A stretch of 64,000 nt of DNA. It comes from Sminthopsis crassicaudata. Lineage: Eukaryota. Each line of letters begins with the position of its first letter. Position 1 is the first letter of the stretch. The stretch spans positions 71,562,454 through 71,626,453 of the forward strand of contig NC_133619.1 in NCBI RefSeq assembly GCF_048593235.1, given 5' to 3'. The notes under the pieces were generated by a model. That model was not told where the DNA came from. It made no database searches and was given only the letters and a program-made list of their open reading frames with translations. A program made the translations under genes and the position numbers. Positions 38,349-50,650 of the stretch are shown here, one piece after another.

Positions 38349-40976
38349 TATATATATATATTTATATATTTATATTTATATTTACACACACACACATACA
38401 TTAATGTCTGATCAAGAGGCAGTGGATAGAAAGCTGATATAGTTAAGAAGAGTGATTCAAGTACCTTCACTAACATATATTGACTTTGCAATCATAAGAA
38501 AGTTGCTTAATATGTCCTTGACCCAATAATCAACTCACTAAGACAATGTATTACATAATAGTTTATTTGTGTTAAGTTAAAGGAATTCATCACTAGAATT
38601 TCCTTGTGTTCACTAAATCAAAGTTGTCCAGTTCAAATACCACAAGGATCAAAGTGCCATTTTTGCTTCTCATCCTATACTGTTCATAATTTTGGTTTTT
38701 CTATTCCTCCTTTAGAACAAATAGTATCTTTGAACTATTTTTCCTACATGTAAACCGCCAAAACAAACCACCACATTAGTAACTCCTTGTATTCAAATGT
38801 TGTTTTTTTTTGTTCTATTATTCTACTCTAACTCAAAATATATATAATATATACATACATACATACATATATGTATACATATATAATAAGCATACAATTA
38901 AGTGTAAATAACTGTATCTATACATGCAAGTATTAATATATATGTAATTTCTATGTATGTAGAATAGATATAGTTTACATATAATTTACTAGAATTATTA
39001 ATAGGAATAAGACATCTTTATAATGTCTTCATACATTAATATAGAATTATCATGTATGAAGAAAAGATCCTACAAGATTCCTTCATTTTTCTTAACAATT
39101 TTGATCACAGATTTTGTTCATCTGACATCATGATGAAGTGATGATGTTGAAGTCAGAGGTCCTAGGTTACACTATTTGCTCTTGTACTACTATTTTTGTA
39201 AGTTTGGGTCTTGAGTTTTCTGAGACTCAGCATCTTTATCTGTAAAATGAAGGGTTTGGATGAGCTGAGTGAGAGAGAGAGGAAAGAGAGATCCATAGTT
39301 CTATCTAGCTCTAAATCTCTTATCACAATTAAAAGTTCCCAAGATCATCCTTGTGTAAGAGGGTATTCCAGAAACTATCCAATCTATGAGGTTTCCAGAA
39401 GTTTGTTCTGCTTGAATCCTCATAAAAATCCCTAACATATTTGCCCACATGCACTGAGTAACCCCTTTATTCCTCTCTGGGTCCTATCCCTAATACATTG
39501 AACTACTTTCTCCACTATAATCCAAGCAGCTTTTTCACCCAAGAAGATCACTCAGGAAGCAACTGCACTAGTTGGTCAGTTCTTCCTAGAATTTCCATTT
39601 TTATGGAGATGCACAGCTTTGCCAGGTTCCAGTCCTGACTCACTAGGACATATTTAACAACTATATAGGTTTTTCTTTTCCTCCCTTTTCAGCTTCTTCT
39701 TGTATAAAGTTAAAACTTCCACATCTGACTTTTCCAATCTTGGTTTCCATATATTACTGTCAGCATAAGAAATTAAATGAGAATTTAGAGGGAATTTTAT
39801 GGAAGTTCCAGATGACATGCAAAGGCCAGCAAATGACATGGAAAAAAGTTTGGAAATTCAGAAATATATATATATATATATATATAATTGTAAAATGTCA
39901 ACTTATTTTATCTTTTAATACCATGATAAATCAGATTCCTTCTTTACTAGGAAGAAAAGGCCAAACAAATTTTACATGGATTTTCCAAATGGGACAGGGG
40001 AGAGGATGCTGAGCTCCTAATCATCACAATGTGAAAGAGATATCTATATTGGCTTCCTTCATTAGAATGGAAGTTCCTTACAAAAATGGGCTCTTTCTTT
40101 TTGCTTGTATCAATTCCCAGTGCTTAACACAGTGTTTGGCACATAGTAAGAACTTCATAAATGTGAAATGATTTGACCATAATCAGTCCAGATTGGATTA
40201 AGTAAGAGTTCTTGGTGATAACTGAGAACTTAGAGAGTTTAAATCATATATTCCCAAATGACTTTTTCCTGGGACATGAATACAGTTTTAATTCCCACCC
40301 CTCCTGAAATCTTCTTTTACAATAGCCAAAATCTTCCTTTTAATTATCTTATTTTCCTCACCAATAAACAAGCAGTCCCTTATTAATTTTAAACATTTTC
40401 TGCTAGAAAGATATTTTTTGCTTTTTTGCAATTTCTTCATAGTAATAATAGGGGGAAAAAAGGTATATGTGCTTTTATTGTCTTTCATATATCCTGATGC
40501 CCTTTCCTCAGATTTTGCTTAATGAAATAATTCATCTGGAATACACATTCTATAACTTTCATATCTGAAGTCCACAGTCAATTAACATTCAACTATGTTG
40601 ATCTTTTTTCTGGAAGGTAAAATTTAAAAGTGATTTAAATTTACAGTCAATGTAGGAAAAAACTTTCTAATAATTAGAACTAAGAAAAGAGTAGTGGCCT
40701 TCTTCTTAAGATAATGAATTCTCTTTCACTGATAGATGTGGATAGGATTGGATAGGATTCTTTGGCAGACATGTTACATAGGAAATCTCTGAACTGAGTA
40801 GGTATTTAAACTGAGCCAATGTTTTGAAATTCTATTTTCTTGTTTGTTTTAAATTTATACAGTAGATATATTTGCAGTGCAAATAACTCAGGCTTTTTTT
40901 CTTCTCACAAAGATGTCTACATGAGATTACGAATTGACTATAGTCCATAAGTGGAAGGGAAGGGAAGTAGTTGGCC

Positions 40977-41235
40977 CAGAGATGTGCTGGATAATATTAT
41001 TTATTTTCCTTGTGAACATAGAAAGATGATTCTTAAATTTTCATTATGAGCATTTATTCCTTAGAATTTGACAAGTACTATAAATTGGGGCTTGAATTTT
41101 TTTTTCTTATTGATTGTCTAGAATTAAGAAATTTATATAAAAATATTAATTATGGAGGTTAAATTTAAAATTATTTCCTGTGGATATCCCCCTTCCCAAA
41201 GAACCAATTGTTAAACACTTAGCAACATGTCGCTT
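40977..41235 (+). mobile_element. MER63-like hAT-Blackjack MITE
   Basis: 5' cagagatgtgctgg; internal ggggcttgaatt..ttgattgtctagaattaagaaa; 3' gaaccaattgttaaacacttagcaaca; no TSD recognisable. Confidence 0.7.
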
Positions 41236-43406
41236 ATAGGTGTACCAGCTCCTGTCTTTGACCAATTCGTAGCAGGCCACCTTAAAAATTCTTTATAATT
41301 TTAATATTTCATTATTTAGCATTTCTTTCAAAGTAAGCTATTCACTCTCTTGAGAAACTTAGGTACTGTCCTCCCAAGAAATAAGAAAAAGGCCCTTTTC
41401 CACCAATTCTAACCTAAAGTAGCTTGTTTTAAATTAAGATGAAATCAAAAAAACTTCTCATTAGCTTTCCCATTCCTTTCATAATCTAGTGTATCTTTTC
41501 ATATACATAACAAGTAAAATTTAGAGCTTTCCATGTCAAATAATCTGTTGATTCCTTAGGTTAAAAAGCTGAATTTTTAATCTGTATAACTTTTCCTTAG
41601 CACTTTAGTTTCTAGCATTGAAATTTCTGACACTGAATTTCTCATTTGCATGAGAAAATAATATACAGAATCAAAATAAGTTTTGGTTGAACTACATGGA
41701 AAATGTGAGTCTCTTATTATTCTGAATAGATGTTATTGAACTGTTTTAAAAAGGTCCTGGCCTTGAATATAGTCTTCATGTGTTTCCAAACACTAGAAAG
41801 TAATGTGAATTGCAAAACATTATTTCCCTCTTTGTGACTGAATCCAAAAAAAAGACCAATTACACATTAATAGAATTAATTTTTTTTTTTGCCAAAATGT
41901 TATTTCTGCCAGAATATTACTGTAGGAAAAAAAAAAGTACTCAGTTTTAATTTCATAGCTTTGCATAAGATTGTGTTTATGGTGCCATTATCCACAAAAG
42001 CCTTCCATAGGGTATTTTTTTTTTCTTGTAATTAAAACAGTGGGAATTAATGACAATCTGGGGAAGCTTGCTGTTTTTGTAATAATGAATTGAACTACTT
42101 TGAGTGGGTAAAAAATGTTAATACAGTGATTATTTCAGACTGAGCTAAGTCTTATCATAGAAGATAAAAGCTTTAAATTTGCATCAGGGTATTTTTTTTA
42201 ATGGAATAGAATACAATAAAACTGGATAAAGGTAGTCCCACTTTGCTATACATTAATATAATTGTAGAGGAATATAAAAGTTAGTCTTGAAATAGAGTGG
42301 GAGTGACAGTAAAACCACCCTACTGTTCTTTGTAACACAGTCATTGGCTTAAAAAAAGTTGTTTCATTCTTTTTTCACTTTCCTCTCCTCCCTCCAGTTT
42401 TCAATCCATTCTCTTTTACTGCTTTTAGAAATTTTCTTTTTTCTTTTTTCTTTTTCTTTTTTGTCATTGGTGAGAGTAGAGAGAGTCTGTCATCAAAACT
42501 CTGCTTACCAGAAAAATTAAACATTCATCATTTGCTTCTGAATTGTTTGGTCTAGAAGAACTAAAAATAGTGGGAGGAGTGAGTTTCTTGCCAATAACAA
42601 TGGAGGGAAATGATTATTAAATCAAACTGTTATGAAAATCATATGCTAGTATACATAAAGAAAAATGTTCTTGTACATAATAGAGTACATCGACTTGCTT
42701 AGCATTTGTTCTGATAGGATTTATGCCTTTTATGTTTTTATACTCGTGTCTGAAACTTTTAGACCTGAACATTACTCTTGTAATCCTATGAAGGTTTTTA
42801 AAATGGCATTCAAAATTTTATTTTGTGTCTAAAAGGATTATTTTTAAAACAATTGATATGCATGCACATGTGTGTGTATACATATATCTATCTATATATT
42901 TATCTATATAATTTTTAGCATTAAATTTCAAAAAAGCTTTCAATTACATTTAAAAACAGTGTGAAAGGGAAAAAATACATATATATGTAAAATGTTGGAG
43001 TTGAAATCAGAGGAACTAGCTTCAAATCTTATTTCTAACACTTACTTCCAAAGGAAATCAAGTCAACAAACATATATTAAGAGCTGACTGTGTGATAAGT
43101 TCTGGGCATACAAATACAAGTAAAAAGGGAGACTTTTCCAGTTCTTGAGGAGCTTACTTGCTAATGTGGGGAAGATAACAAGTAAAGGATTCTCAAAAAA
43201 TTGGAACTGAGAAAACTTGAGCAGTTTCTTTTACTTTTGTTAATATACACATTTAAGAGACAAAATGCAAATGATTAATTATACAGTAAATCAACTTGTT
43301 CATTGAGATGGGGTAGTAGAAAGAAAATTTATAACCTTAACGTATGTGGACAAACAAGATTTATTAAACAATATTAACTATATTCTCTATAGCTGGCAGC
43401 AGTCTT

Positions 43407-44203
43407 TTTTTTTTTTTTTGAAATTTTTTATGAAATTTTATTTATATTTATATACTTATTTACAATTCTATCTTTTGACAACATATTTTGGGGGTGAAAT
43501 TTCATCATTGTTTTTGATAAATCATCTATATATTTTTTAAGTATCAGATATTTATTGAGAGATTTAATAGAAATATTTCTTTGATCCCTTTAATACACGG
43601 TCCGGTTATTTTTATTATTTTTATTTATTTTATTTTATTTTTTTTTATAATATTATCCCTTGTATTCATTTTTCCAAATTATCCCCCCCTCCCTCTATTT
43701 CCTCCCCCCGATGACAGGCAATCCCATACATTTTACATGTGTTACAATATAGCCTAGATACAATACATGTGTGTGAATATCATTTTCTTGTTGCACAATA
43801 AGCATTAGATTCCGAAGGTACATGCAACCTGGGCAGACAGATATTAGTGCTAATGATTTACATTCACTTCCCAGTGTTCCTTCTCTGGGTGTAGCTACCT
43901 CTGTCCATCATTGATCAACTGGAAGTGAGTTGGATCTTCTTTATGTTGAAGATTTCCACTTCCATCAGAATACATCCTCATACAGTATTGTTGTTGAAGT
44001 GTACAGTGATCTTCTGGTTCTGCTCATTTCACTCAGCATTAGTTCATGTAAATCTCTCCAGGCCTCTCTGTATTCCTCCTGCTGGTCATTTCTTACAGAG
44101 CAATAATATTCCATAACCTTCATATACCATAATTTACCCAACCATTCTCCAACTGATGGACATCCATTCATCTTCCAGTTTCTAGCTACAACAAAAAGAG
44201 CTG
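43407..44203 (-). mobile_element. Young 5'-truncated L1 with 3' transduction (L1 proper about 43606-44203)
   Basis: Intact ORF2 C-terminus ALFVVARNWKMNGCPSVGEWLGKLWY...YEDVF*; perfect 15-bp TSD gctggcagcagtctt at 43392-43406 and 44204-44218. Confidence 0.95.
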
Positions 44204-45059
44204 GCTGGCAGCAGTCTTATGAGGACAAAGAGGCTGCAATACTTCTACATCTTCATCCAGACTGAGTTGCAGTCTCCAACCAACTTTGTCTTCTTTGTAC
44301 AGGAAAAAAAAATCATTGCTGATGTGTGTTAGAGATGCTTCCTTATTTTAGAAAGGAGAAGGAGAAGGGTCCAGGTTGGTGATTGATGGGGAACCGAGTT
44401 GCTATCTGATACTGTTTCCAGACATTTGCTTTGGAATTTTTGATCATTTTAACTGGTTGAAGGGACTAATGAAGGAGACAAGGATGTGGGAAGAAAATCT
44501 GATTAATTTCATGAATAGCTTTAAGTCTGTTCCCAGAGAGAAATGATGTTAGTTTTCGTGACCTTGATTAAACTATGAAAATTTCTCCCCTGTACATATA
44601 GTCAGGTGCTCAGACAAAGATACTTAATTTGTTAATGGCCTGATTTTTCCAATTTGACTCAGAACTCCCCTAGAAGGACTTTTAAGTATGTCATAATTAC
44701 AACAAAGTTTAACATTCTCACAGTCTTTTGTTATGAATTTAAGATATTGGGGTGTTTTAAAGATATAAGCCCCACATCATGAGATGACCCAGCAGAAAAT
44801 TTTCTGATGCCAGGCTAGATCCTAAAATAGACTCTTTTTATCTACCAAGTCCAACAAAGATATGAGCCTCATGGAATGGAGACTAGCTACCAGGATGACT
44901 AAAGAAGAATGGACTGAGCAGGTTTTAAAAAATGAGCAAGTAAAAGATTTTGTGCTGATTAGTACTAAAGTTAGGTCTGTCAGCAACCATTGAACTTCTA
45001 CCTTTGGAAAGATAATCTCAAGAAGGAGTCTTTCAAGATCAGGTCATTATACATTATAC

Positions 45060-45249
45060 CAGAGGTGTCAAAAATGTAGCTGATGTGGTTCACAACACTC
45101 CTGGAGGAATTGAATTAAAATGTAATTGGGTTTCAATTTTTAAAATAAATAAAAATACTTTAAAGAGATATTTTAAAACTGTTAATATACTGCAATCAGG
45201 AATCCTTATAGAAGGATTGGCTGCTATTTCTACTTGTTTGATACCACTG
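45060..45249. mobile_element. Short hAT MITE
   Basis: TIRs cagaggtgtcaaa / tttgataccactg; degenerate 8-bp flanks cattatac / gactatgc. Confidence 0.7.
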
Positions 45250-45449
45250 GACTATGCTAAAATTAAAAAGAAACACAATAATTATAACTTAATGTATATA
45301 GACATTTAATTAGGCTTATTGGTGACATTTTGCTTCTAGCACTCATTTTAATATCATGTACTTTAATACTTGCTGATTGATGGCCCATATATGACTAAAA
45401 CATGACTATGGAAGTAATTGGGTGCCAGAAATAATCAATATTCAAATAA

Positions 45450-45582
45450 AACCAAGTAATAATCATTTATTAAGTTCCTACTATGTGCCAAGCATTGTGC
45501 CAAATGTTGGGGGTACAAAAATAACAAAAGACAGTTCCTGACTTCAAAGAGCTTATATTCTAATGGGTGAAACTACCCACAT

Positions 45583-45614
<32 letters not shown>

Positions 45615-45657
45615 TTTCATATAGTATAGTATTACATATAGATTATATATCCACATG

Positions 45658-45698
<41 letters not shown>

Positions 45699-46010
45699 AC
45701 ACAGAATGAAGAACGAAGAAGAATTGAGAATTCCTTTGTTAATTATCTCCTATTTATGACATTTTCACTGGGACTTAATGGAAGCCATAGGCAGGAATGA
45801 GTGATCAGGAGAAAATTCCAGCTATGGGTGATAACCAGAGAGAATGTTTGGAAGCTGTGTTGTTCATGGTACATGCAGGAGGTCAAGTGCCACTGAATTG
45901 AAGAGTAAGTGTTGAGGAATAAACTGTAAGACTGGAAATATAGCTGGGAGCTGGGTTGTGAATGGCTTTGAATGCCAAACATGATTTTATTTTTTATCCT
46001 GAAGTTTACT
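45450..46010 (-). mobile_element. L2 3' fragment with embedded CA/TA microsatellites
   Basis: catttattaagttcctactatgtgccaagcattgtgcc; ttgtgaatggctttgaatgccaaac. Confidence 0.65.
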
Positions 46011-47458
46011 GAGTAGGAATGGGGGTGGGAGGAGGGTTATCATGACTAGTCCTCAATGAGATACCTTGCTTTTCATGGGGAAAGATTCCCCCAAACATTG
46101 AAAGCTTATTTACAGATAATCCAGGGCCTGCTTTCTAAGTTTCCTGAAGTTTCATTCATGTTTCACCAAATACAGAACTAGAATGGATGGGGGAATATAG
46201 GAGATTTGTTTTGGGTTTTTGTTAGTTGATTTTTTAATCTATTTACATAATTGTAAGTTATATAATGTGGTAATAGTTAAGAAGCAAGTATAACAGAAAT
46301 AAATTGTCAATTTGGCTACTATGCCTTCTAGTATAAAGTAGGAGTAGTGAGTCAGGATTCTCAATTGGATATGCCTTCTCAGTCCCTCTTATTCATCTGA
46401 TGATTTAGATAGAGAAGACTGCATCTGATCAAAAACTAGTATTCTTGGAATTCCACCATTTCATCTGAAAACTTTTGTAAAAAGAACTTGTTCTGTGTTC
46501 ATGGGTACAGAATCTCTTGGACTCTTAAATGAAATTTTTGTTTTTAAATGCAGAGTAAAAATTAATCTCCACTTTGATTTGGTATATGTGGGATATTATA
46601 ATTATAATTTACAGTGACGCTACCTTCAGAGAAAGCCAGTGTTGTCAGATTAAAAAAAAGAAGAAACGGATGAGTGTTGACCGTTGTTTATAAACCAAGA
46701 CCATGCAGATTGTATAAGCATGTATTTCAGCTCTTTTCTGTTGTGATAATGGTGGCAGAAATGTGTCTCCATTCCTATAGTATTTGAATATATTTGCACA
46801 ATGTCTGGGCGCAGAGAAAGGCTGAGCTTGTATCTGTTAATCTAGACGTTGGTATATTAATAGGCTGCACACTTCATTGATTTTTAATTAATTTCTAAAG
46901 AGACACAGAGGATAACGACCACAGCCCACAGACATCTCTGTACTTATTGCAACCCACATCTCTATTGATTGCCTGCCTAAGGAGCAGAAGTAATCCATTT
47001 TAAATATACTTCTTGGAGAGAGTGCATGCACTACACAATATACTCCTCCCATTGTAATTGTATTGACAAGAGGCCAGTGGGAGAAAAAAAAGGTGGCATG
47101 TTTAGTATTCTGCTGATCCTGTGAGATGAGCTTTTTACTCACATTTTATTTTATACAGAAGCAATGACTTCATAGAAGTATTGTTTAGCTGAAGGTTTTT
47201 TTTTTTCCTAATAGAGGTTTGTTTTTGTTTGTTTGTTTGTTTTATTCCCCCCTTAGTTTTTAGTGTCACCACAAAACAAAAACAAAAACAACANNNNNNN
47301 NNNNNNNNNNNNNNNNNNNNNNNNNNNNNNNNNNNNNNNNNNNNNNNNNNNNNNNNNNNNNNNNNNNNNNNNNNNNNNNNNNNNNNNNNNNNNNNNNNNN
47401 NNNNNNNNNNNNNNNNNNNNNNNNNNNNNNNNNNNNNNNNNNNNNNNNNNNNNNNNNN

Positions 47459-47668
47459 TCCTTTGTTAATTATTTCCTATTTATGATATTTTCACTGGGA
47501 CTTAAAGGAAGCCATAGGCAGAAATGAGGGATCAGGAGAAAATTCCAGCTATGGGTGATAATCAGAGAGAATGTTTGGAAGCTGTGTTGTTCATGGAACA
47601 TGCAGAAGGTCAGTGCCACTGAATTGAAGAGTAAGTGTTGAGGAATAAACTGTAAGACTGGAAATATA
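47459..47668 (+). repeat. Second copy of a ~210-bp direct repeat (first copy 45732-45942)
   Basis: 8 substitutions and 1 indel by manual alignment. Confidence 0.9.
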
Positions 47669-47669
47669 A

Positions 47670-47711
<42 letters not shown>

Positions 47712-49578
47712 AGATTTAAAGCAAATAATAAAAAAAAAGAAGAAAGGAGAGAAAAATTGTAGACTATGCCAGTCTCAGGAATGAGCAATGCCTGCACCCT
47801 AGGGATGCCTCATTTTATTCTGACAGATTCAGGAGTGTGACTGGACAGGATTTCTCTTCATTTCTCTTTTGGTAAAGTGAAGAAGTAGGTTGGAATTTAT
47901 TTTCCCTATCCTGTAACCACGTTCAAGTAGAATTTGTGATTTTTCTAGAATGTCTTATAAATTTGCCTCTTCAAGAAATCCTTCCTGGGGCAAGCATGAT
48001 TTCTGGCTACTTTCATAATCATTTGGTGAATTTTATCTTCTATCACCCATTACACAGGGATTTTTTTTAATAAAGAAAGCATTTTTTTAAACTTTAAAGT
48101 GCTATATAATTGTTTGTTGAAGTTATGTTTTCATTTTTTTTTCAATGATTTCAATTTATTGTTTTAAAATTGTCTCATTCTTCACAATGTTTTTGATGGA
48201 GGTAAAATATGGATGATCTGGGAAAAAAGGTTACTATGTTGCTATCCTTCCTTCATATTTTCTGTTATATGGACTATTTCACACTATTTTGTAATTGAAC
48301 AAAAGCAATTGGAAATAAATTCATTGACAGCAGCTTAGGGACAGCTGCATTAACAGCAAGATGATAGAGAAGATATGTATCCTGTCTTGTTCCCACATGG
48401 TCTTGATTTCTTCCACTCACTCTATTTTGGAAGCTTTTCATTCTGTAGTTTGGAAGTTATAAGTATGCAATTTAAAATTGCTTATTAAAGTGTCATTCTT
48501 AAAATTCTATGGATGAGTATTATATGTGAATAGTTGTGGCCAATGATTTTCTCTGTGATTTGTGTTTTCAATTTAGCATGGCTTATTTGTTGAATTCTCA
48601 GTGATAGTTTGTCTTTCAAATTATCATTATTTACCATCTGTTAGTATTAGGAGTTTTCTGAGTTTATGATGTGTAATTATGGCAAATGAATAGTGTCTAC
48701 TTAGGTTATAGGATTCTGTGATCATGGATTTAGAGCTGGAATTTACCTTAAAGGTCAATTGTTGAAATCAACCCTCATTTTACAGAAAAAAAGGAACTTA
48801 CATCTCAAATGGTTAAGGGACTAATTAGAATCATACAAATACTAAGTATTTATTGCACAATTCAAATGCAAATCTTTTTGTTTATAAAGCCAGAGCTCTA
48901 TCCAGAATATTAGGCTGCTTCTTGATAGTTCATAGGTATTAAAGTTTAGCAATTTGTGATATGTTGTAAATGTCTACGATTTTCTTGAATAAATTGCATC
49001 AAATCAAAAAAAAATCTAAGTCCCTTAAGTATGAACTTTCTCTAATTTTTCTTAGCAATGACCTGTTTCTAAACTACTATCATAAACTACTTGCTACAGT
49101 TAACAAATTTGCATAACTAAATCAGTTTTTAAAGTTTTCTTTTCAACATATTGTTGTTGAATCCTTGGGGATATTATCCATGTAGGGCCTTTTGATTCTA
49201 CTTTTGGATCTTAGCCATTTCATAGTCTCCATCTGGAGGTAAGTCACTTTTGTTTACATTCAGCAAATTCAATAACATTTATCTGTTGCCAGGCTTTACT
49301 ATTATTCAGTGAGGGAAAGCCAATTTGTTCCAAAAACATTTTTTGTAAATGCCTAACTGCTTATTGAGGGCTGTTAGNNNNNNNNNNNNNNNNNNNNNNN
49401 NNNNNNNNNNNNNNNNNNNNNNNNNNNNNNNNNNNNNNNNNNNNNNNNNNNNNNNNNNNNNNNNNNNNNNNNNNNNNNNNNNNNNNNNNNNNNNNNNNNN
49501 NNNNNNNNNNNNNNNNNNNNNNNNNNNNNNNNNNNNNNTATTAGTTGACTTAAGGATAAAAATATTATATATATTCCA

Positions 49579-49717
49579 GGGCAGACAGTTCTTGTAGTAG
49601 ATAGAGCACCAGCCCTGAAGTCAGGAAGATCTGAGTTCAAATTTGACTTTAGACACTTAACAAGTCCTGGCTTTGTGATCCTGGGCAAGTCACTTAACCC
49701 CAATCACATCAGCAAAA

Positions 49718-49720
<3 letters not shown>
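49579..49720 (+). mobile_element. WSINE1-like SINE ending in (TA)n
   Basis: gggcag..gtagatagagcaccagccctgaagtcaggaagatctgagttcaaat...ctgggcaagtcacttaaccccaa. Confidence 0.85.
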
Positions 49721-49764
<44 letters not shown>

Positions 49765-50160
49765 TAATAATATTAATTTTTATTAGGATAAAGTTGCAGA
49801 AAATACATAGAAATTAGTATTGCATTGTTGTTGATTGATCTAAACAGTTTCAAAATGAATATAATTTCTATAATAATAACACCATTTATTTAGTACTTTA
49901 AGGCCTGCTATGAACTTTACAAATATTTTCTCATTTGATCCTTACAACAGTGAAGCAAGTGCTAATATTATTCTTCTTTTACAGATGAGGAAACTGAGAG
50001 AGATGCCCAAAATCACAGTCGGCATCAGTCTCATGTTTTCCTGACTCCAGTTCTAGGACTCTATTTACTGCCCCTTATTTTTGAATAACTATAATTATTA
50101 TTAATTATAAATATAACTACTTTGACTTTTGTTCTGAGAGGCAAATGGTTAGGGTTATCA

Positions 50161-50650
50161 TTTTTTTAATTTTTTAATTTTTATTAATTTTATAATTATA
50201 AATTTTTATGCTTAAGTAATTTTTATAACATTATCCCGTGTATTCATTTTTCCAGATTTTCCCCTCCCTCCATTTATTCCCTCCCCTAGATGACAGACAA
50301 TCTCATACATTTTACATGTGTTACAGTATAACCTAGATATAATATATGTGTGTAAATCCAATTTTCTTGTTGCACGTTAAGTATTGGATTCTGAAAGTAT
50401 AAGTAACCTGGGTAGATAGACAGTAGTGCTAATATTTTACATTCACTTCCCAGTGTTCCTTCTCTGGGTGTAGTTGTTTTTGTCCATCATTGATCAGCTG
50501 GAAGTGAGTTGGATCTTCTTTATGTTGAAGATATCCACTTCTATCAGAATACATCTTCATACAGTATTGTTGTTGAAGTGTATAGTGATCTTCTGGTTCT
50601 GCTCATTTCACTCAGCATCAGTTCATGCAAGTCTCTCCAATCCTTTCTGA
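50161..50650 (-). mobile_element. 5'-truncated L1 3' end (same family as 43.6 kb copy, older), inserted into a MIR-like SINE head
   Basis: Near-collinear with 43647-44070; TSD core tagggttat at 50150-50158 and 50652-50660; SINE resumes at about 50661. Confidence 0.9.

Noticed and set aside
43965-44171. 68-aa minus-strand ORF as a host gene
   Set aside because: C-terminus of L1 ORF2
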